A stretch of DNA of 64,000 bases, taken from the sequence record PV231353.1. The stretch is one strand, 5' to 3'. The notes below the pieces were generated by a model. That model did no database searches, was not told the origin of the DNA, and saw only the letters and a program-made list of their open reading frames with translations. How positions within the stretch are numbered: the stretch's first letter is position 1; every line of letters begins with the position of its first letter. Of the stretch, positions 35,958-45,203 are shown in pieces. A program made the translations under genes and the position numbers.

Positions 35958-36619
35958 GCATCCGGATTGGCGAGCGCCACCTCGAATACACCACCGACAA
36001 GGTCTACTGGCTCCCGCGCGGCTACTCCAAGCGGAGCGGCCGGTACGTCTATCCGCACCAAGGCTGGTCGTGGACCGAATGGCGCTCGGAGGTGACCGAC
36101 ACCTACGAGACCCTGGAGCGCGCCCAAAGCGCCATCTCCGGCGGCTATCTCAAGGACATGATCAAGTCCCAGGAGATCGTCGACATCGTCATCCTCCAGG
36201 TCCGCACGGTCCGGGAGATCGTCGAGGACCGCACCATCGTGGCCCATGATCTCGCCGGCAAGCCGCTCGACCGGGCCGAGCCGTCGGTGAGCGCCCAGGA
36301 CCATGTCCTGGAGCCGGGCGCCTATGTCTTCCTCAACTACGACGGCGACGCGGACCCGACCACCTACGCGGTCTATGGCAAGGTCCTGGCCATCCACGAC
36401 GACCGCGTCAGCCTCTGGGTGATCAACGGCGCCTGGACCATGGTCCTGACCGCCGCCGACGGGACCTTGCGGGTCGCCCCAGACAGCCACGGCCCCGCCG
36501 GGCGCGAGGTCTTCATCCTCTATGCCGGCGAGCCGCCCAATCCCTTGACCGGGTCGGACTTCTACACCGACCAGTTCAACGCCTATCTCAAGTTGCGCGG
36601 CCTGCAAGAAGCCGCCTGA
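35954..36619 (+). CDS. hypothetical protein
   Basis: AAGGAG SD, TTG start. Confidence 0.7.
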   Translation: MSIRIGERHLEYTTDKVYWLPRGYSKRSGRYVYPHQGWSWTEWRSEVTDTYETLERAQSAISGGYLKDMIKSQEIVDIVILQVRTVREIVEDRTIVAHDLAGKPLDRAEPSVSAQDHVLEPGAYVFLNYDGDADPTTYAVYGKVLAIHDDRVSLWVINGAWTMVLTAADGTLRVAPDSHGPAGREVFILYAGEPPNPLTGSDFYTDQFNAYLKLRGLQEAA

Positions 36620-36627
36620 AGGACAAC

Positions 36628-37239
36628 ATGACCGACTCGCCCCTTCACCCGACCGACCGCGCGATCCTCGACCTCCTCCAGGAGGAGGCCGCCGAGACCC
36701 TGCTGGAATTTGCCCCGGTGATCAGCCGGCTGATCAAGATCGCCTCCAAGGTCAAGCGCTTTGGCAACGGGACCAACCCGTTCGATCCGGGCGCCAAGCC
36801 CAATCTCGAACTACTGGAGGACGAGATCGGCGATCTGGAGGCCCTGGTCGACCTTCTGTCCGAGCAGGGCCTGATCTCGCGCGAGCGGATCAACGCCCGC
36901 AAGGTCTGGAAGCGTGGCATGCTCAAGACCCACGGGACGCTGCCCGAGGACGCCTTCTCAGTCGAGAACCTCCCGCCGCCCACCGTGCAGGGCCTTGACC
37001 TGGACCCGTCCAACCCCATTGTCGCTCTGGCGGCGCACGTCCGCAACGGCGGCTACACCGCCCTCTTTGGCGGTCACGCCCCGTCGGCCGAGCCGCCCGA
37101 GCCGGGCAAGCCGCTCTACATCCGCTACATCGACAGCCAGTCGATCCATTCCAACCGCTTCCTGGCCTGGGAAGAACTGAGCCGCACCGACCGCCAGCGG
37201 TGGAACGACGCGGCCAAGGCCGGCAAGATCGCCCCGTAA
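36628..37239 (+). CDS. MazG-like NTP pyrophosphohydrolase
   Basis: LQEEAAE...K..RFG...N.E.LEDEIGDL.A.VDLL acidic pattern. Confidence 0.75.
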   Translation: MTDSPLHPTDRAILDLLQEEAAETLLEFAPVISRLIKIASKVKRFGNGTNPFDPGAKPNLELLEDEIGDLEALVDLLSEQGLISRERINARKVWKRGMLKTHGTLPEDAFSVENLPPPTVQGLDLDPSNPIVALAAHVRNGGYTALFGGHAPSAEPPEPGKPLYIRYIDSQSIHSNRFLAWEELSRTDRQRWNDAAKAGKIAP

Positions 37240-37249
37240 CGAGGACCCC

Positions 37250-37819
37250 ATGACCCAGCTTCTCCCCGACACCCTCTATGTGACGTCCCAGGACCTGCCC
37301 GAGGGTCCCGTCTACAGCGCCACGACCCAAGAAGGCCTGTCCGGCGCCGTGCGCTACACGCGGTTCGATCACGACCAGCATATCAAGGCCGCTCAAATGC
37401 TTCTGGCCGGCGCCACGATCCACGAGGCCCACGGGCAGTACGGCATCGCCGCCGGCCTGAAGGCGGCCGTGACCGAGGCCGGCGTCAACATCGTCGGCGA
37501 GGCCTCCGACCTCCTCAAGGCCCAGGAACTGACGATCGCCCAGTTGCGCCGCCAGCGCAACGACCTCCTGGTCGCCAACAACCACTATCTGGCCGACGCC
37601 CGCGCGGCGCGAGCCGGCGAGCCGTCCCCGCCGGTGACCCCGGAGGTCGCCGACGCCATCCGGGCGATCGGGATCGACGCCCTTCAGCGCAAGGCCAAGG
37701 ACTACCTGGAGGACTACGAGTACCGGGGCGAGTTCGGGACCTTCCAGCCCGGCCCGCAGGAACGGATCGTGCTCGACGATCTCCTGCAAGGCTTCCTGGC
37801 CCTGATCACCGAGGCCTGA
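37250..37819 (+). CDS. hypothetical protein
   Basis: GAGGA SD. Confidence 0.75.
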   Translation: MTQLLPDTLYVTSQDLPEGPVYSATTQEGLSGAVRYTRFDHDQHIKAAQMLLAGATIHEAHGQYGIAAGLKAAVTEAGVNIVGEASDLLKAQELTIAQLRRQRNDLLVANNHYLADARAARAGEPSPPVTPEVADAIRAIGIDALQRKAKDYLEDYEYRGEFGTFQPGPQERIVLDDLLQGFLALITEA

Positions 37820-37820
37820 C

Positions 37821-38051
37821 ATGGACGAAGCGGCCATCCGAGAGGAGTTCGAGCGCCGGATGTTGACGCTGATGCGCAACGCCCCGCCCGGCTATGTCCA
37901 AGCCGCGCTGGAACGCCGCCCGGATGGACGCTACGTCCAGATGACCATCCAGCGCAACTACCGTCACTTCCGGATCGGCTTCGAGATGGGCTACATCGCC
38001 CGCGCCAAGGACGACGCCCTGAAGGGCATGAAGAAGGGCTCCAAGCGGTGA
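37821..38051 (+). CDS. hypothetical protein
   Basis: 76 aa. Confidence 0.7.
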   Translation: MDEAAIREEFERRMLTLMRNAPPGYVQAALERRPDGRYVQMTIQRNYRHFRIGFEMGYIARAKDDALKGMKKGSKR

Positions 38052-38266
38052 TCCCCTACGATCTGCGTCAGCAGCATGACGAGTGGGGCAACGCCGAGCA
38101 CCTCCTGTCCCCGCTCGACGCGGGCAAGCTGCGCGACAACGACTGGCGCCGCGTCTCGGGCGATTGCGTCTGCGCGGTCTGTGGCAAGCTCTACTACGAC
38201 CACCCGCCCGTCCTGGGCGCGCTCTGGCTCAACCGCATCTGCGATGGGAACTTGGTGAAGCTCTGA
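38048..38266 (+). CDS. small Cys-rich protein
   Basis: SGDCVCAVCGK.YYDHP...C. Confidence 0.7.
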   Translation: MIPYDLRQQHDEWGNAEHLLSPLDAGKLRDNDWRRVSGDCVCAVCGKLYYDHPPVLGALWLNRICDGNLVKL

Positions 38267-38433
38267 TGAAGGACGACAAGGGCATCAAGGCCGCCTTCAG
38301 CCTGATCGGGGCGATCGCCCTGATCATCATCCTGTCGACGATCTTCCTCGGAGTCGCGCGGCGCTATGGCTGGACCGAGCCGAAGCTGGACCTGAATCTG
38401 GACCCGCCCGAAACTGTGAGGCCCATTCGATGA
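38266..38433 (+). CDS. small membrane protein
   Basis: TGATG coupling; one TM segment. Confidence 0.65.
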   Translation: MKDDKGIKAAFSLIGAIALIIILSTIFLGVARRYGWTEPKLDLNLDPPETVRPIR

Positions 38434-38636
38434 ACAATCCCGACGGCGTTCTGATCAAGACCTGGGAGGTCCACTGCCGGGCCTGCCAGGAGCCCTATTT
38501 GGGCATCCGGGGCGACATGTCCCAGGCCCAGGCGGAGCTTCGCAAGATGGGCTGGCGCACGCGCGGCGGGCGCTGGGTCTGCGCGGTCTGCGAGCCGGGC
38601 GTGCCGATCGGCCACCGGTGGACAGATGAGCCCTGA
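38430..38636 (+). CDS. putative zinc-binding protein
   Basis: CRAC...GW...CAVC. Confidence 0.7.
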   Translation: MNNPDGVLIKTWEVHCRACQEPYLGIRGDMSQAQAELRKMGWRTRGGRWVCAVCEPGVPIGHRWTDEP

Positions 38637-38727
38637 ATGACTTACCTATCGTCCATATAGGGCCATTACGCCTTACCTGTAAGGCGCCCGGAAATGGGCT
38701 AGTCGCGGCCCCAAGCCCTCTGGAGGG

Positions 38728-38931
38728 CTACTTTTCCATGAATTTCCGCACCTGGAGGTAGCGCCCAAGCAAGTCGTGCAGCACCTCCGCCTCCCGGAGC
38801 GTGATGATCTGCTCGCCCAGCGAGGTCGGCCCCTCCAGGGCTACGAGGACCTGATCGTCGACCGCATCCTCGATCGTCACCACGATGGGATTGCCGAGTT
38901 CGTTGATGAACGCCTTCTGAAGCTGTCGCAC
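38728..38931 (-). CDS. hypothetical protein
   Basis: AAGGAG SD on minus strand. Confidence 0.7.
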   Translation of the reverse strand: MRQLQKAFINELGNPIVVTIEDAVDDQVLVALEGPTSLGEQIITLREAEVLHDLLGRYLQVRKFMEK

Positions 38932-38935
38932 GGTG

Positions 38936-39690
38936 CTACTCCTTGAGGTAGCCGGCGGCGATCGCCTCGGCCCTGGTGTCGGCTTTGCTCAGGACCGAAT
39001 AGCCCCGCGCCTGGATGAAACGGACGTCCTCGTAAAGCTGGACCTCCAGCTTGCCGTCGAGCGCGATGCGCCCCAGCCTGACGGGCGAGGCCACGAATGG
39101 CGCCGGCTCGCCGTCCTTCCAGACGTTGACCTCGACCTCGCCGCGATCGGCCGTCGCCACCACCAGCGAGGCGTGGCCCCCGATCCAGTTGGGGTTCCAG
39201 ATTTCCAGCCACATCGTGTCGCCGCCCGCGCCGGCGTCGGCCAAGCGGCGCGCCAGCGTCAGGGCGTAGTCCTCGCAGTCGCCGCAGAAGGCGTTCTCGG
39301 CCCAGAAATCGCCCTTCTGGTACATCGTGCGGTCAGAAGTGTACTGAAAAGTGCTTCTGAGCGCCTTGTCTTGCTCAAAAACCTCCGAAAATGTCAATTT
39401 TCGACCCTTTCTGACCTCGCAGAGGGGATTTTTGGCCCATTTTTCGCAGAAAATCCGCAGATCGGGGATCGCCACCGCCACTTCGCCGCCATAATCGGGC
39501 GTTTCGCCTCCCGAGCCGCTGGATTTGGGGTCGGCGGGGCATTGGTGGTCGACGGCGGCCGGCGCGGTGACGAACGGGAGGTCCTGGCCCGGCGCGGCGA
39601 GGAAAGAGCGTTCCAGGCGAACCAGCCCAGGCCGCCAAACAGGATCGTTGCGATCGCGACGACGACAAGCCAGAAACGCATGATCGACAC
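38936..39690 (-). CDS. membrane-anchored transglutaminase-like cysteine proteinase (BTLCP/LapG-like); apparent frameshift near 39600
   Basis: FQYTSD...DFW...GDCEDYAL...GHASLVV; N-terminal TM in ORF 39394-39690. Confidence 0.75.
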
Positions 39691-39745
39691 CCCTTAAGTG
39701 TCATTAACCATGACACAAGATGTCGTGAATCGCAACATTCGCGCA

Positions 39746-39918
39746 TAAGAAGAGCCCCGCCTGTCGTGATTCCAGGCGGGGCTCGTGCTGCTTAGGAGAA
39801 ACAGAAGAGAAGAGGTCGATCCCTGGGTGGCGGATCAACCTCTCGACAGTTTACTTGAGCATACGGGTCTCCTTCCTTGGTCTGGTCTGTCTGGCGGCCT
39901 TGAACGGCCCCTTGTGAA
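39746..39918 (-). ncRNA. candidate ~170-nt sRNA/leader with minigene
   Basis: Promoter TTGACG-N17-TAGCTT (39953-39925), SD + ATG CTC AAG TAA, 11-bp hairpin, 12-bp terminator. Confidence 0.55.
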
Positions 39919-39982
39919 GATTTGAAGCTAAACCGGCAACGAAACGGCGTCAAGACCTAAATGTGCTGATTCACGACTTAGA

Positions 39983-40016
39983 ATGTCGTGAATCTTGACA
40001 ACCGGGCGTTAACCAT
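39983..40016 (+). promoter_or_regulatory. late-type promoter motif with CtrA half-site
   Basis: ATGTCGTGAATCTTGACA, then TTAACCAT at 40009. Confidence 0.7.
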
Positions 40017-40108
40017 GCCATTTTCCCGCCTACCTGCCCCACCGGTAGGGCCTCCAACGTCAACTTGGGGAGGATGCGTGCGTCCTCCCCTCCTTCTCCG
40101 GGCGCCGC

Positions 40109-42010
40109 ATGGCCGGTCGAACGCCGAACTCCCTGAACATCTCGCGGGTCGCCCGCGCGACCTCGCAGGCCATCTATCTGGTCACCCATCCCGAGTACCA
40201 GCACTGGCGCTCGGAGTGGACCAAGCTGCGTGACGTCCTGGCGGGTCAGCGCGAGATCAAGCGCAAGGGCGAGGCCTACCTGCCGGCCATGAAGGGCGCC
40301 GACAAGGACGACTACAAAATCTACCTGGAGCGGGCGACCTTCTTCAACATGCTCGCCCAGACGCGCGATGGCATGACCGGCATGGTCTTCCGCCGCGATC
40401 CGTCGATCAAGAACCTGCCGCCCAAGTTCAAGGACGCCGTGCGGCGCTTCGCCAAGGACGGCTCCTCCCACGCCACCTTCGCCAAGGCGGTCCTGTCGGA
40501 CCAGTCGGGCATTGGCCGCTACGGCGTCTTGGTCGACGTCACCGATTCCCCGGTCCGCAACGCCCAACCGTCGAGCTTCGCGGTCGGCTACGCGGCCGAG
40601 AACATCCTCGACTGGGACGAGGTGGTCGACACCGCTGGCTTCTATGTCCCCAGCCGCGTCCTGCTGCGCGAATTCGTCCGCGACCTGCGCTGGAAGAGCG
40701 ACATCGAGCCCCTGACCACCGCCCAAGGCCCGCAAGGCGCGCGCCGAGGCCCTGGCCTCCGGCTCCTCGTCCAGCCCCTGGTGCGCCAGACCGCCCGCAC
40801 CCTGGGCGGCTACAGCTACATCACCGTCTACCGGGAACTGAAGCTCGAAGAGATCGAGTGGCCGTCCGGCGAGGTCAAGCCCGCCTACGTCCAGTACCTC
40901 TACGAAGAAGACCCCGAGTCGACGCCGATCGCCCGCCTCGTTCCCAATGTCCGGGGCGAGCCGCTCGACTTCATCCCCTTCAAGTTCTTCGGCGCCTCGG
41001 GCAACACCGCCGACGTCGAAAAGCCGCCGCTGCTCGACATCTGCGACCTCAACCTGTCGCACTACCGCACCTACGCCGAACTCGAATACGGCCGCCTGTT
41101 CACCGCCCTGCCGGTCTATTACGCGCCGGGCACCGACAGCGAGGGCACCGGCGAATACCACATCGGCCCGAACATGGTCTGGGAAGTCCCGCAAGGCTCC
41201 GAGCCGGGCATCCTGGAGTACACCGGCCAGGGCCTGAAGGCCCTCGAAACCGCCCTCAACGACAAGGAGCGGCAAATCGCCGCGATCGGCGGCCGGATGA
41301 TGCCCGGCGCCTCCAAGTCGGTGTCGGAGAGCAACAACCAGACGACTCTTCGCGAGGCCAACGAGCAATCGCTGCTCCTCAACATCATCCAGGCCTGTGA
41401 GGCGGGGATGACCGACGTCGTCCGCTGGTGGCTGATGTGGCGCGACGTCCCGCTGGCCGAGACCGAAAACCTGCGCTACGAGATCAACACCGACTTCCTG
41501 TCGACGCCGATCGGCGCGCGCGAGATGCGGGCGATCCAGCTTATGGCCAACGACGGCCTGCTGCCCGACCCGGTTTTCTACGATTACATGCGCAAGGCCG
41601 AGGTCATCTCCTCGGACATGACCTTCGAGGAGTTCCAGGAACTGCGCGCCGATCCGGATTCGTTCATCAACAACCCGGACGCCCAGGCCCGCCAGCGCGG
41701 CTTCACCAACCGCAGCCAGGAACTCGAACAGACCCGCATGGCGCGCGAGGCCGACTTCACCCAGCAGAAGATCGACATCCAGGAGCGCGCCGTCGCCGTC
41801 CAGGAAGGTCATGCCGAAGTCGCCCACGCCGTCGGTTCGACCTCGGTCTCGGCCTCGCGCAAGCTGGGCGATCCCGAGCAGGCCAAGCCGGCGCAGGCCG
41901 AGGCCGCCCAGATCGCCAACCAGCGCCGTCAGATCAACAACGCCGCCGCCCCGCCGGCGGCCCCTGGCGCGCCGCCCGCTCCCGCCCCGAACCCGAGGAC
42001 CGCCCGATGA
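40109..42010 (+). CDS. portal protein
   Basis: HPEY...W...RD..AG...YL.RA.F.NM...T..G..G..FR, DUF4055-like phage portal; compensating +1/-1 indels near 40726-40780. Confidence 0.85.
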   Translation: MAGRTPNSLNISRVARATSQAIYLVTHPEYQHWRSEWTKLRDVLAGQREIKRKGEAYLPAMKGADKDDYKIYLERATFFNMLAQTRDGMTGMVFRRDPSIKNLPPKFKDAVRRFAKDGSSHATFAKAVLSDQSGIGRYGVLVDVTDSPVRNAQPSSFAVGYAAENILDWDEVVDTAGFYVPSRVLLREFVRDLRWKSDIEPLTTAQGPQGARRGPGLRLLVQPLVRQTARTLGGYSYITVYRELKLEEIEWPSGEVKPAYVQYLYEEDPESTPIARLVPNVRGEPLDFIPFKFFGASGNTADVEKPPLLDICDLNLSHYRTYAELEYGRLFTALPVYYAPGTDSEGTGEYHIGPNMVWEVPQGSEPGILEYTGQGLKALETALNDKERQIAAIGGRMMPGASKSVSESNNQTTLREANEQSLLLNIIQACEAGMTDVVRWWLMWRDVPLAETENLRYEINTDFLSTPIGAREMRAIQLMANDGLLPDPVFYDYMRKAEVISSDMTFEEFQELRADPDSFINNPDAQARQRGFTNRSQELEQTRMAREADFTQQKIDIQERAVAVQEGHAEVAHAVGSTSVSASRKLGDPEQAKPAQAEAAQIANQRRQINNAAAPPAAPGAPPAPAPNPRTAR

Positions 42011-42333
42011 GCTACCTCCTTTCGTCCTACAAGGCTCCCGCGTCCGAGGCGGTCGCCGCCCACGCCAAGTCCCTCCTGGCCGAGCAGGGCTACGCCGCCC
42101 GCGAGGACCTGATCGGGCGCTGCCAGGAAGCCAGCGTTGATCTGGCCCGCACCGCCGGGCTGAACGCGGCCGAAGCCGCCGAGGTCGAGGCGGAGATCGC
42201 CAACTTGCAGCGGCTGGTCGCCGAACTGACCGCCACCCAAGCCAAGCTGGAGGCCGAGGGCCGCAGCGCCTACGAAGCCGCCGCCCTCAACGCCGCGACG
42301 GCCGTCTATCTGTCGCGCGGCCTGACGCCGTAA
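42007..42333 (+). CDS. hypothetical protein
   Basis: ATGA coupling to portal. Confidence 0.7.
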   Translation: MSYLLSSYKAPASEAVAAHAKSLLAEQGYAAREDLIGRCQEASVDLARTAGLNAAEAAEVEAEIANLQRLVAELTATQAKLEAEGRSAYEAAALNAATAVYLSRGLTP

Positions 42334-42352
42334 CCCTAGCTTGTAGAGTAAC

Positions 42353-42532
42353 ATGCCCTCGCGCTACGATTCCCTTGAAGACCTGATGCACGACCTCGAT
42401 CACGAGGGCATCGTGGACGATGGCTTTGGCGAACTGGACGAGGAGGACCTGTCTCTTCTCGCCCCGCCGGGCAAGAAGACCGCGCCCGCGCCGGCCGCCA
42501 AGAAGCGGGGCCGCCCCAAGAAGGCGACCTGA
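42353..42532 (+). CDS. 59-aa acidic protein with C-terminal AT-hook
   Basis: MPSRYDSLEDL...DEEDL...KKRGRPKKAT. Confidence 0.65.
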   Translation: MPSRYDSLEDLMHDLDHEGIVDDGFGELDEEDLSLLAPPGKKTAPAPAAKKRGRPKKAT

Positions 42533-42771
42533 TGCGCCACACCTCCGCTCGCTGGAACGTCCTGACCGTGCGGCTGGACGACGTCGCCCACTGGGTCGAC
42601 GAGGTCGACGTGGTCATCACCGATCTGGAGACGGGCGAGCACCCGCGCGGCGAGGACGGCGAGTTCCTCCCCATCCTGGCGGCGACCCCCGAAACCATCA
42701 CCCTCTACAACGGCCACGCCATCGCCGGCCGCTACGAGATCACCTCCAGCCTTGAGGCGCCCCGTGTCTGA
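42532..42771 (+). CDS. hypothetical protein
   Basis: TGATG coupling. Confidence 0.7.
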   Translation: MRHTSARWNVLTVRLDDVAHWVDEVDVVITDLETGEHPRGEDGEFLPILAATPETITLYNGHAIAGRYEITSSLEAPRV

Positions 42772-42952
42772 GACGACCCTGATCGGCGATCCGAACGCCG
42801 AGCGGACCATCGAGGTCCTGGCCATGCACCCTGACGAGGCCGCGACCTTCGTCCCCACGCCCGAGCAGGCCGCCAAGATCGCCTCGGGCGACATGATCAT
42901 CGGGATCATCCGCTACAGCCCGCCGCCCCAGGACGGTCTCGTCGGCGGCTGA
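42764..42952 (+). CDS. hypothetical protein
   Basis: GAGG SD, GTG start. Confidence 0.6.
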   Translation: MSETTLIGDPNAERTIEVLAMHPDEAATFVPTPEQAAKIASGDMIIGIIRYSPPPQDGLVGG

Positions 42953-42956
42953 TGTG

Positions 42957-42974
42957 ATGTCGTGAATCTTGACA
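42957..42974 (+). promoter_or_regulatory. late-type promoter motif
   Basis: ATGTCGTGAATCTTGACA. Confidence 0.7.
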
Positions 42975-43025
42975 CGCCATGTCAGGTGTGATGACGTAGC
43001 CCTCGTTAACCACGAGGGCTTTTCC

Positions 43026-43283
43026 ATGACCACCGCCGTCGACATCCAGGCCGCCGGGCACAACCTGATCGTCTACCTGACGGACACCTTCCTGATCGAC
43101 GGCGAAGTCCAAGAACGCGATTCCATCGAGTTCGTCCGCAAGGGCGCCAAGCGCACCTTCCACGTCCATCAGACCCGTGATCTCTACGTCACCGAGGTCC
43201 GGGACGCCGAAACCGATCTCAACGCGCTGATCGATGCTGGCGACGAGGCTACGGCCCGCCAGTACATCCTCGACGCGTCCTAG
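43026..43283 (+). CDS. hypothetical protein
   Basis: ATG 43026, GC3 bias. Confidence 0.7.
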   Translation: MTTAVDIQAAGHNLIVYLTDTFLIDGEVQERDSIEFVRKGAKRTFHVHQTRDLYVTEVRDAETDLNALIDAGDEATARQYILDAS

Positions 43284-43470
43284 TTTGTAGCGGCGCCGAT
43301 TGCCCAGCGGGCGCATGCCGGACACGCGCTGGGAACCAAATCGGCCGCGATGCGCGCGAGGGCTTTTTGATGCAGGCCTAGCGCGTCAACAGGTGGCGCC
43401 GGCCTCTGGCTTCCAGGGGTTCCTTTCAACCTGAATCGCGGCAAGTCCGGGCTCCTTTCCCGAGGGCTCC

Positions 43471-44055
43471 ATGAGCGACGATTTCGACAAGCGTTTCGAC
43501 GAGAAGAAGGCGGCCCTCGACGGCGCCGCGCGGGGCCAGCTTTCGCTCCCCTTCCCTGGATCGTCCTCGGCCTCGGCCGAGGAGTTGATCCGCCGCTTTT
43601 CGTCGCTCAACCCCACCCCGCTGCCGCCGTTCGTGCTGGGCGCGGCCGTCAAGCTGTCGGACACGCCCATCCAGCCCGCGCCGCGCGAGGGTCATGCCGA
43701 CGAGGTGTTCATCGACCTGCCGTTCGATCACAAGACGGTGTCCGACTGCAAGGCCAAGTTCGTCGACGACAAGAAGGCCTTCCAAAGCTTTCCGGGCGAG
43801 CCGGTCGAGGAAGCGGCGCCCAAGATCACGATCCAGGTCTATCTCAAGAACGGGCAGGTGCGCGAGTACGACGTCGACACCCAGGCCGCCGCCCGCGAGC
43901 ACGCCTTCGAGATCATCCAGACCGGCTATCGCGCCGTCGACGAGGCCGATGCCTGCACCCTGACCCACTGGCCGCCGCACGAGATCAAGAAGGTCAAGCT
44001 CAAGGCCGCCAAGCCGTGGACGACCCAGTATTTCGACCGCGTGCGGGGCACCTGA
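43471..44055 (+). CDS. hypothetical protein
   Basis: GAGGG SD; C-terminal domain ending in PPH.I.KVK. Confidence 0.75.
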   Translation: MSDDFDKRFDEKKAALDGAARGQLSLPFPGSSSASAEELIRRFSSLNPTPLPPFVLGAAVKLSDTPIQPAPREGHADEVFIDLPFDHKTVSDCKAKFVDDKKAFQSFPGEPVEEAAPKITIQVYLKNGQVREYDVDTQAAAREHAFEIIQTGYRAVDEADACTLTHWPPHEIKKVKLKAAKPWTTQYFDRVRGT

Positions 44056-44681
44056 TGACCCCGACCGAAGCCGTCCTCGCCCGGATCGAGTCCGGCGAGC
44101 CTTTCACCTATGCCGGCCTGAGCGCGGTCAACGACGCGGCGGGCGGGAACGAGGCGCGCGACCGACTGGCCGACCGCACCATCCAGAAGTATCGCCGCAA
44201 GGGCTGGATCACCTTCACCCGCGAGGGCCACTACGTGGTCTGGCGTCCGACGCCGGCCGGCGCCGCCAAGTTCAACCTCAAGCTTAGGAGCCCGTCCATG
44301 TGCGTTGCTTCCGCCGTGATGGACTACGGCCGCCGGCAATGGCCCGACCTGATGGGGCCGGGCAGTCCGACCATCGTGCCGGGCGTGGATCAGCCCTGGT
44401 TTGAGATCGTCTCGCCCGGCCTGCCGCCGGTCCCGGTCCATCCCCGGCCCAAGGTCCCGACCCGCGCCGAGATCGAGGCCTTCCGCCGGCTGGTCCAGGC
44501 CGCCAACGAGTTCGATGAGCAGACGGGTCAGCCGCACTGCGAGGACCCCGAGAAGATCAAGCTGCTCGACGCGATCAACAAACTGGCCGATCGCCTCGAC
44601 GCCATCGAAAAGCGTCTCGCCGCCCAGGACAGCGCCGACGCCGAGGACGCGGCGGCGATCACCGCCTCGGTCAAGACGTGA
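44055..44681 (+). CDS. hypothetical; probably two genes (second from ATG 44298)
   Basis: N-half wHTH-like (DRTIQKYRRKGWI); internal AGGAG + ATG. Confidence 0.6.
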   Translation: MTPTEAVLARIESGEPFTYAGLSAVNDAAGGNEARDRLADRTIQKYRRKGWITFTREGHYVVWRPTPAGAAKFNLKLRSPSMCVASAVMDYGRRQWPDLMGPGSPTIVPGVDQPWFEIVSPGLPPVPVHPRPKVPTRAEIEAFRRLVQAANEFDEQTGQPHCEDPEKIKLLDAINKLADRLDAIEKRLAAQDSADAEDAAAITASVKT

Positions 44682-44920
44682 GCATCTTCGATCTCCCGGC
44701 CGACGGCTTTGATCGCCGCAAGCCGCTCTACCGGGTCTTCAACATCGACGGCGAGAAGCAGTGGTGGACGGTGATCGCCGCCCTCAACGCGCCGGGCCGC
44801 CGCTGCACCAAGCAGGAGGCCATGGGCTGCGAGGACTATGTCGCCGCCCATGCCTGGGCCGAGCACTTCTGGAACTGTTACGCCGCCACCGGCAAGGCGA
44901 CCATCTACGAGAGCACGTGA
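44678..44920 (+). CDS. hypothetical protein
   Basis: GTGA coupling. Confidence 0.7.
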   Translation: MSIFDLPADGFDRRKPLYRVFNIDGEKQWWTVIAALNAPGRRCTKQEAMGCEDYVAAHAWAEHFWNCYAATGKATIYEST

Positions 44921-45203
44921 TGAAACTCACCGTCAGCGGTCAGGACATGAGCGGGACCGAGACCGTCTATCTGATGCTGGTCCCCCGCGTGGGCGTGCGC
45001 CTGGAGAGCGACAAGCCCGTCACCCTGACCTTCGATCCGCTGCCCGGCGCGGCCGGCGCCGTCAGGGTCGATCCCAAGACCCCCTGACCCTGGCCGAGAA
45101 CCCCAAGCCGAGCGAACTGCGGCTGCTGCCGGCCGGCGCCGAACAGGTCTTCTACCTCAACGCCAATGGCCGCTGGATGGTGACCTTCCGGGAGGAGCCG
45201 TGA
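44920..45203 (+). CDS. hypothetical protein (apparent C-run frameshift near 45083)
   Basis: KTP joins LTLAENPKP...WMVTFREEP*. Confidence 0.55.
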
